A stretch of 64,000 nucleotides of DNA from an uncultured Desulfosarcina sp. (GTDB lineage: Bacteria > Desulfobacterota > Desulfobacteria > Desulfobacterales > Desulfosarcinaceae), in the NCBI GenBank assembly GCA_963674945.2, contig CAXXWQ010000003.1, positions 1,312,001 to 1,376,000 of the forward strand, written 5' to 3'. Below, one piece after another: positions 58,252 to 64,000 of this stretch (position 1 is its first letter; each line of letters begins with the position of its first letter). Under the pieces are notes generated by a model. That model saw only the letters and a program-made list of their open reading frames with translations. It was not told the origin of the DNA and made no database searches. The translations under genes were made by a program, and so were the position numbers.

Positions 58252-59535
58252 ATGGCAATGAGTGAAGATTACCGGTCCATGTGGGCCGATTTGGGACTCG
58301 ATCTGAAAGCGCACGACGCCCTGTTGGGTGTTCTGGGGCAAGCATATCAGGACATTTATCTTTCACAGAAAAACCGGCCCGAGGGAATGGGCTATTTCGA
58401 TTTTGTCATGAGTGAAGTTCACGGTCTGCGTATCAAGGAATTGCTGGATGAAAAGGAGGCCGGCCGCAAAATCATCGGGTCCTATTGTGTGTTTGTCCCC
58501 GAAGAGATCGTTCTGGCCGCCAACGCCACGCTGGTCGGACTTTGCAGCGGAGCGGATTTTGCGACGGAAGATGTGGAAAAACTGCTACCGCGAAACACCT
58601 GTGCCCTGATCAAGTCGTCGTTCGGTTTCAAAATCGGTAAGGTGTGCCCCTATCTGGAAAGCGCGGACATGATCGTGGGGGAAAATACATGCGACGGAAA
58701 GAAGAAGGCCTATGAATCCTTAAATGACCTGGTTGAGAACCTTTATGTCATGGATGTGCCCCAGGTCAAGTCTGAAAACGGCAGAGCACTACTCAAGTCG
58801 GAATACAACCGTTTCAAGGATGCGGTGGAGAACCTTACCGGTGTCTCGATTACGGCCCAATCGCTGAAAGAGGCCATCCGCACTGTAAATGCCAAGCGTG
58901 CAGCCATTCATCGACTCTCATCCCTGCGAAAAGCGGATCCGGCGCCGATCTCGGGTCTGGATGCCCTGCTGGCCAACCAGGTATCTTTTTACGACAACCC
59001 GGCCCGGTTTACGGAATCCGTGAACAAGATCTGTGATGAACTGGAACAACGCATTCAAAACAAACAAGATGTTTTCCTGGAAAAAAGACCCCGCATTCTC
59101 GTGTCCGGGTGTCCACAGGCAGTGCCCAATTGGAAACTGCCAATGATCGTCGAAACCTCCGGTGCGGTCATTGTCGGCGAGGAATCATGCGTGGGCGAAC
59201 GCGGCACCCGCAACCTGACCGATGAAACGGGCGAAACAGTGGATGAAATGTTGGACGCCATCGTCGATCGCTATTTTAAGGTGGACTGCGCCATTTTTAC
59301 ACCCAATCCCGACCGCCTGGAACACATCCAGGAAATGGTCGCCGCCTACAAGGCCGACGGTGTCATCCATTACGGCTTGCAGTTCTGCCAGCCGTATCTG
59401 ATGGAGGCAATACCCGTAGAAAGGGCATTGGAGGAAAAGGACATCCCCTGCCTTCGCATCGAAACCGACTACTCCATGGAGGATGTCGGCCAGTTGAAGA
59501 CGCGCGTGGAGGCCTTTATTGAACAACTCAGATAG
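58252..59535 (+). CDS. Double-cubane cluster protein (DCCP; HgdB/D-family Fe-S reductase)
   Basis: N-terminus MWADLGLDLKAHD..RPEGMGYFDFVMSEVHGLRIKEL as recalled for the DCCP family; YCVFVPEE, LCSG, RNTCALIK, CPY, NTCDGKKK, EESC, DCAIF, FCQPY. Confidence 0.85.
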   Translation: MAMSEDYRSMWADLGLDLKAHDALLGVLGQAYQDIYLSQKNRPEGMGYFDFVMSEVHGLRIKELLDEKEAGRKIIGSYCVFVPEEIVLAANATLVGLCSGADFATEDVEKLLPRNTCALIKSSFGFKIGKVCPYLESADMIVGENTCDGKKKAYESLNDLVENLYVMDVPQVKSENGRALLKSEYNRFKDAVENLTGVSITAQSLKEAIRTVNAKRAAIHRLSSLRKADPAPISGLDALLANQVSFYDNPARFTESVNKICDELEQRIQNKQDVFLEKRPRILVSGCPQAVPNWKLPMIVETSGAVIVGEESCVGERGTRNLTDETGETVDEMLDAIVDRYFKVDCAIFTPNPDRLEHIQEMVAAYKADGVIHYGLQFCQPYLMEAIPVERALEEKDIPCLRIETDYSMEDVGQLKTRVEAFIEQLR

Positions 59536-59600
59536 ATAGTGCCCGCCCAGAAATGACCTGTTTCTGGCCAGACACAATATAGTGATTCCCAGGTTTTACT

Positions 59601-60368
59601 ATGCATTTTACTGGTATTGACATCGGCTCTCGCACCATTGAAGTGGTGGTGGTGGATGAGGCGGGACAGATAAAGGATCGTCTTCAGGCGGACACCGGTT
59701 TCGACCCCATGCGTGAGGCCCGGCGCATGCTTGACGGTGTGGCCCATGACGGCATCATGGCCACCGGTTACGGCAGAAATCTGTTGGAAATCGCCTTCGA
59801 CGCACCCACGGTGACCGAGATTAAGGCCCATGCCCACGGCGTGCGCGCCCTGTTTCCCGATGCGCGCACGATCCTGGATATTGGGGGACAGGACAGCAAG
59901 GCCATCGCCCTTTCGGAGGCCGGCAAGGTGAAGAAGTTCGAAATGAACGATCGCTGCGCCGCCGGCACAGGAAAGTTCCTGGAGATCATGGCAAAGGCCC
60001 TGGGGTATGACATTGAAGGCTTCGGCACCGAGGCACTCGCCGCGGACAGGGAGACCACCATCTCCAGCATGTGCACTGTCTTTGCCGAGTCCGAGGTCAC
60101 ATCCCTGATCGCCAAGGGACAGGATCGCCGTGAGATTGCCCTCGGGCTGCACGCCAGCGTGGTCCGCCGTGTTGCCGCCATGATCCAGCGCGTGGGAACG
60201 GACGGCGATATTGTCTTCACCGGTGGCGTAGCGCAAAATCCGTGCATGAGAACGCTGCTGACACAAAAGATCGGCCGGCCGGTAGTCTATCCGGATGCCC
60301 CCCAGTTTACCGGTGCCTTGGGGGCGGCGCTGTTGGCAAAGGCTGCCCTGGAACAGGGTGAACGATGA
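59601..60368 (+). CDS. ATP-dependent 4Fe-4S activator (HgdC/DCCP-reductase, ASKHA)
   Basis: GIDIGSRT, ATGYGR, DIGGQDSK, MNDRCAAGTG, SSMCTVFAESE, GGVAQN. Confidence 0.93.
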   Translation: MHFTGIDIGSRTIEVVVVDEAGQIKDRLQADTGFDPMREARRMLDGVAHDGIMATGYGRNLLEIAFDAPTVTEIKAHAHGVRALFPDARTILDIGGQDSKAIALSEAGKVKKFEMNDRCAAGTGKFLEIMAKALGYDIEGFGTEALAADRETTISSMCTVFAESEVTSLIAKGQDRREIALGLHASVVRRVAAMIQRVGTDGDIVFTGGVAQNPCMRTLLTQKIGRPVVYPDAPQFTGALGAALLAKAALEQGER

Positions 60369-60395
60369 AAGACGCAAGATAGCGGTAGAATGGTT

Positions 60396-61820
60396 TTATT
60401 TCACGGTCGTTTCGATCTTGAGATTGTACTTGTCGATCTTGGCGTGCAGGGTCGGTCTGGAAATGCCCAGTAGTTTCGCGGCCTGTGAGCGGTTGCCGCC
60501 GGTAATGTTCAACGCCTCTCCCACCAGGAGGCTTCCGAAATGATCCAGGCAATTCTCGAAGAGATTGTTCTGGTCCCCCTCGGAAAACCGGCTTCGAATC
60601 CATGCCCGGATGCCGACTTCACAATTGCTGTCAAGAGGGGCGCCGATCTGCTGGTCTTTGCCGATGGCCTGATTGATGTCCGCCTGGCTGAGTGGCGCTC
60701 CCCGGTTGAAAATCATCGCTTTTTGTATGGTGTTGGACAACTCGCGAATATTTCCCGGCCAGGGATTCGAGACAAGCAGAGAGACGGCACCACGGGTAAT
60801 CCCGGGGTTCTCGACATTCAGTTCCGAGGAAAAACGGGCCAGGAAATAGTCTGCCAGCAAAGGTATGTCACCGGTGCGTTCCCTGAGCGGCGGCAGCCAG
60901 ATGGTAATTACCTTGAGCCGGTAGTATAGGTCTTCACGAAAATGGCCGGATGCGATTAATTGTTCCAAGTCCCGATTGGTGGCGGCAATGATGCGTACGT
61001 CCACCGGAATGGTATCCCGGCCGCCCAACCGTTCGATGCTCTTCTCCTGAAGCAGGCGAAGCATCTTTGCCTGCAGATTCATGGGCATGTCGCCGATTTC
61101 ATCCAAAAAGACCGTGCCGCCATGGGCCTGTTCGATTTTGCCCAGGCGCCGATGCGTGGCTCCTGTGAATGCTCCTTTTTCGTAACCGAAAAGCTCGCTT
61201 TCCAGTAATGTGTCGGGAATGGCCACACAGTTGATTACCAAAAAGGGCTTTCCTGCACGTGTACTATGCTGGTACAATGCCCTGGCTGCGAGTTCTTTAC
61301 CGGAGCCGGATTCACCGCGAACGAGCACGGTGGCATCCGTAGCCGCCACCCGCCCGATGGCCTTGTACACCTCCTGCATCGCCGGGCTTTTACCGATAAT
61401 CGCTTCCCCCCTGGTGTGGTTCGGTGAGACATCCATGTCCACCGGTGACCGCATGAATCGGCCGACCTCCAGGGCCTGGCGGATCGTTGTGAGCATCTGG
61501 GGAATGTCAAACGGCTTTACGACATAGTCGAAGGCACCCATTTTTGTCGCTTCGATGGCTGTTTCCGTCGTGCCGAAGGCCGTCATGATGATAACCGGCA
61601 GTTTCTGCTCGATACTGTGAATCCGTTGGAACGTTTCCAAGCCATTCATCCCGGGGAGGCGAACATCCAGAATCACCAGATCGGGAGGCGCATCGTCGAC
61701 CATACGGATCCCCGCTTCACCGGAGGCGGCGGTACGAACCTGATAGCCCTCTTCGATCAGAAGCCGTTCAAAGCTCATTCGAAGCTGATCGTCATCGTCA
61801 ATGATCAATACGGTACTCAA
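60396..61820 (-). CDS. NtrC-family sigma-54 response regulator
   Basis: REC domain, GESGSGKE, ELFGYEKGAFTGA, FLDEIGD, WPGNIREL, Fis-type HTH. Confidence 0.96.
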   Translation of the reverse strand: MSTVLIIDDDDQLRMSFERLLIEEGYQVRTAASGEAGIRMVDDAPPDLVILDVRLPGMNGLETFQRIHSIEQKLPVIIMTAFGTTETAIEATKMGAFDYVVKPFDIPQMLTTIRQALEVGRFMRSPVDMDVSPNHTRGEAIIGKSPAMQEVYKAIGRVAATDATVLVRGESGSGKELAARALYQHSTRAGKPFLVINCVAIPDTLLESELFGYEKGAFTGATHRRLGKIEQAHGGTVFLDEIGDMPMNLQAKMLRLLQEKSIERLGGRDTIPVDVRIIAATNRDLEQLIASGHFREDLYYRLKVITIWLPPLRERTGDIPLLADYFLARFSSELNVENPGITRGAVSLLVSNPWPGNIRELSNTIQKAMIFNRGAPLSQADINQAIGKDQQIGAPLDSNCEVGIRAWIRSRFSEGDQNNLFENCLDHFGSLLVGEALNITGGNRSQAAKLLGISRPTLHAKIDKYNLKIETTVK

Positions 61821-63286
61821 AATTTACCTCCTCTAGTCGGCAGCACAAGAGTAAATGTGGAACCATATCCCTCTTTGGATACAAGATCGATTTCGCCGCC
61901 ATGTTCCCGGATAATCCGTTCGACAATGCTGAGCCCCAGACCAGTCCCTTCCTCCTTGGTGGTAAAAAAAGGATCGAAAACTTTTTTCCGCACTCCATCG
62001 GACATTCCCGGGCCGTCATCGCTGATTCGTATTACCACTTTTTGCCTGTCGGATCGATGGATCACGCTTTCATAAATATCGATACGGCCACCGTCACTCA
62101 TGGCTTCACATGCATTGACGATCAAATTGACCAGAACCTCCTTGAGTTGGTCCGGGTCTGCGTCTACGGCAGGAAGAATACCGTCCCGATGGATGGTTGC
62201 ATCGACATTGTAGGATTCAAGCCGGTAACGCAGCAACTGAACGGCGGTATCCACAACCGTGGATGGACTGATTGGCTGGATTTGCAACCGGGGGGGACGT
62301 GAAAATTCAAGAAAATTCTGCACGATGGTATCGATATGGTTGATCTCTTCCGAAATGACCTCGAAGTCCTCCCTTTGCGTACCGGACAGCTTGAGAGATC
62401 GACTCAGAGAGAAAAGACGCATCTTCACGGAAGTAAACGGATTCCGGACACTGTGGGCCATTCCGGCAGCCAGCTTGCCGACCATGGCCATTTTCTCTGC
62501 CTGTAGAAGATTTTCGCGGCTTTTTTTCAATTCATTCTGGGTCTGGCCCACATCCTCCATCAGGCTGTGCACGCTGCGGCTCAGCGTTTTCACATCATTT
62601 CCGGATAGTTCGATATCCTCACTCCGGCTGGTTTCCCGAATCAACAACCTGACAGGATTGAGGATCTGATTGACCAGCAGATAGGCCAGAAGCAGTACCA
62701 GAAGAATTTGCGTGACAATCACCGCCATGGCCGTGTCCCGCAACCTGGCTGCCTCGATCAGGGCATTCTGCTTGGCCTGAATGATCGATGCCGTGTGTTC
62801 TTTCTTGTAATCTTCGCACATCTGTAAAATGGAGAAAAAACGATCGCGGACATCCTGGTGCAGCTGCGATCCCAACTCCTCCTTGCCGGATCTGTAGTAT
62901 TCAATCACCTGATCCTTTTCTTGAATGTATTTATCGTATTCCTGGGAAATTTTTAAAATGGTGGCATGCTGCCGGGGAGACTGGGCCAGCGCCTTGGCCT
63001 GCCCCAGCTGTTCCCTGAAAATACGGCGGAACTTTTCCAACTGGATCAGCCAATCCGAATTGTTGTCGAGGAAATAATAGGAAACGAATCCTTTCTGATT
63101 GACAAGAGCGATTTCCAACGATTCGGCGCTCTGGAAAGCCACCAGGTTCTCATCGGTGATGGTCGTGAGTACTTTCTCGATACTGTAGGAGTACCAAACC
63201 ATCACCGCCGCACCGGAAAATGTCACAAGCAAAATGGCGGTCAGCAGAAAATAGAAGCGATTTTTAAGACTGATACGCATCCACAT
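61817..63286 (-). CDS. Membrane sensor histidine kinase
   Basis: Two TM helices flanking a helical sensor; AHSVRNP, NLIVNACEA, DDGPG, FFTTK, GTGLGL. Confidence 0.95.
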   Translation of the reverse strand: MWMRISLKNRFYFLLTAILLVTFSGAAVMVWYSYSIEKVLTTITDENLVAFQSAESLEIALVNQKGFVSYYFLDNNSDWLIQLEKFRRIFREQLGQAKALAQSPRQHATILKISQEYDKYIQEKDQVIEYYRSGKEELGSQLHQDVRDRFFSILQMCEDYKKEHTASIIQAKQNALIEAARLRDTAMAVIVTQILLVLLLAYLLVNQILNPVRLLIRETSRSEDIELSGNDVKTLSRSVHSLMEDVGQTQNELKKSRENLLQAEKMAMVGKLAAGMAHSVRNPFTSVKMRLFSLSRSLKLSGTQREDFEVISEEINHIDTIVQNFLEFSRPPRLQIQPISPSTVVDTAVQLLRYRLESYNVDATIHRDGILPAVDADPDQLKEVLVNLIVNACEAMSDGGRIDIYESVIHRSDRQKVVIRISDDGPGMSDGVRKKVFDPFFTTKEEGTGLGLSIVERIIREHGGEIDLVSKEGYGSTFTLVLPTRGGKF

Positions 63287-63377
63287 GAAATATTCCTTTA
63301 CCGATCATTTTGATCTATTTTTCTCCCGCCCAAGGTGAGCAGTTAGCTGTTAGTAATTAGCTGCTTGCATGTAAGGG

Positions 63378-64000
63378 CTAACCGTTCAAGTCAGGTCCCT
63401 CCAACAACGCGATACGTTCCGAAAGCTGTTTTCTGTAGTGGGCCACCATCGAGGGGTTGGTCATGATCATATCCAGTTGACGGGTGTGAATGGTCAGATA
63501 GCCGAGGACCTTTAAATGCGCGACCATGGTATCGGCATCGTTTTGTTCCACGCGGGCGCGCAGGCAATCCTTGATCACTTCGGTTCGAAACCCCCTGTCA
63601 TCCAATATCTCCTTCACAAACAGCACCCGTTTCAAACGCCTGTCGAAATTGGCGGCACCGCCTTTGAACTGGAAACTGATGTAGTTCTCCATGCTGCGCT
63701 CTCCCACCAGTGCCTCGGTGATGGCAAAATGAAAGCCCAGACGAGACTGCAGACTACAATAGTTTTTTGATATCATAAAATAATTCCGGTTGGCCATGCT
63801 TGTTCGCACGGTGGGCAACAATGCCTGATTCTGGGTGGCCTGAAACATGACGGACATAAATCCCTTGCCGTCAACCGGAGGCGGACCTTCCCATGGATGT
63901 GCGGTGATCCCCTCCCAAAGGGCAAGCATGGGGATCGAGACAATCTGGTCGATATCGATAAATCGGTCCGCATTGGCATCGGTCTCGAAGCCGTCATCCA
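63378..64000 (-). CDS. 3' end of a PEP synthase/pyruvate-water dikinase-like protein (runs off the window)
   Basis: Frame open to the window edge; NYFMISKNY...RLGFHF...[12 protein letters not shown]...TRQLDM resembles the C-terminal domain of deltaproteobacterial PEP-utilising proteins (from recall). Confidence 0.65.
   Translation of the reverse strand, partial: DDGFETDANADRFIDIDQIVSIPMLALWEGITAHPWEGPPPVDGKGFMSVMFQATQNQALLPTVRTSMANRNYFMISKNYCSLQSRLGFHFAITEALVGERSMENYISFQFKGGAANFDRRLKRVLFVKEILDDRGFRTEVIKDCLRARVEQNDADTMVAHLKVLGYLTIHTRQLDMIMTNPSMVAHYRKQLSERIALLEGPDLNG

Overview
The window is chromosomal DNA of an anaerobic deltaproteobacterium; gene content suggests a Desulfobacterales-like sulfate reducer (inference). 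From left to right it contains: (1) an AMP-ligase fused to a degenerate RACo/ASKHA domain, ridA, and a ubiB-like kinase with a phasin-like partner; (2) a cooC / Zn-deacetylase / acuB / prmA-like / MBL / sirtuin / RACo cluster; (3) a pentaheme cytochrome c plus an atypical rnfCDGEAB operon, in which RnfC lacks its flavin/NADH motifs and RnfB is fused to a GltD-like NADPH oxidoreductase; (4) a tightly coupled five-gene minus-strand operon made of Wadjet (JetABCD, most like type III) plus an extra SF2 helicase ending in a beta-clamp-binding-like motif (QMSLF-stop), which is the best candidate for an undescribed system; (5) an lpoB / FlgT-like / TPR-lipoprotein cluster with a poly-C frameshift; (6) a TorF-like porin, a TM2 protein, tag, a SlyD-like protein, a strikingly EHD-like dynamin-superfamily NTPase, a ModA-like protein and methionine gamma-lyase; (7) a type IV minor pilin/pilY1 operon; (8) lptFG-waaA-lpxK, terC, a nucleotide-sugar dehydrogenase, a pseudouridine synthase and argJ; (9) a double-cubane-cluster protein with its ATPase activator, an NtrC-type two-component system and the 3' end of a PEP-synthase-like gene. 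I saw no rRNA, tRNA, CRISPR array, integrase or transposase. All family calls come from motif recognition by eye; no database searches were run.
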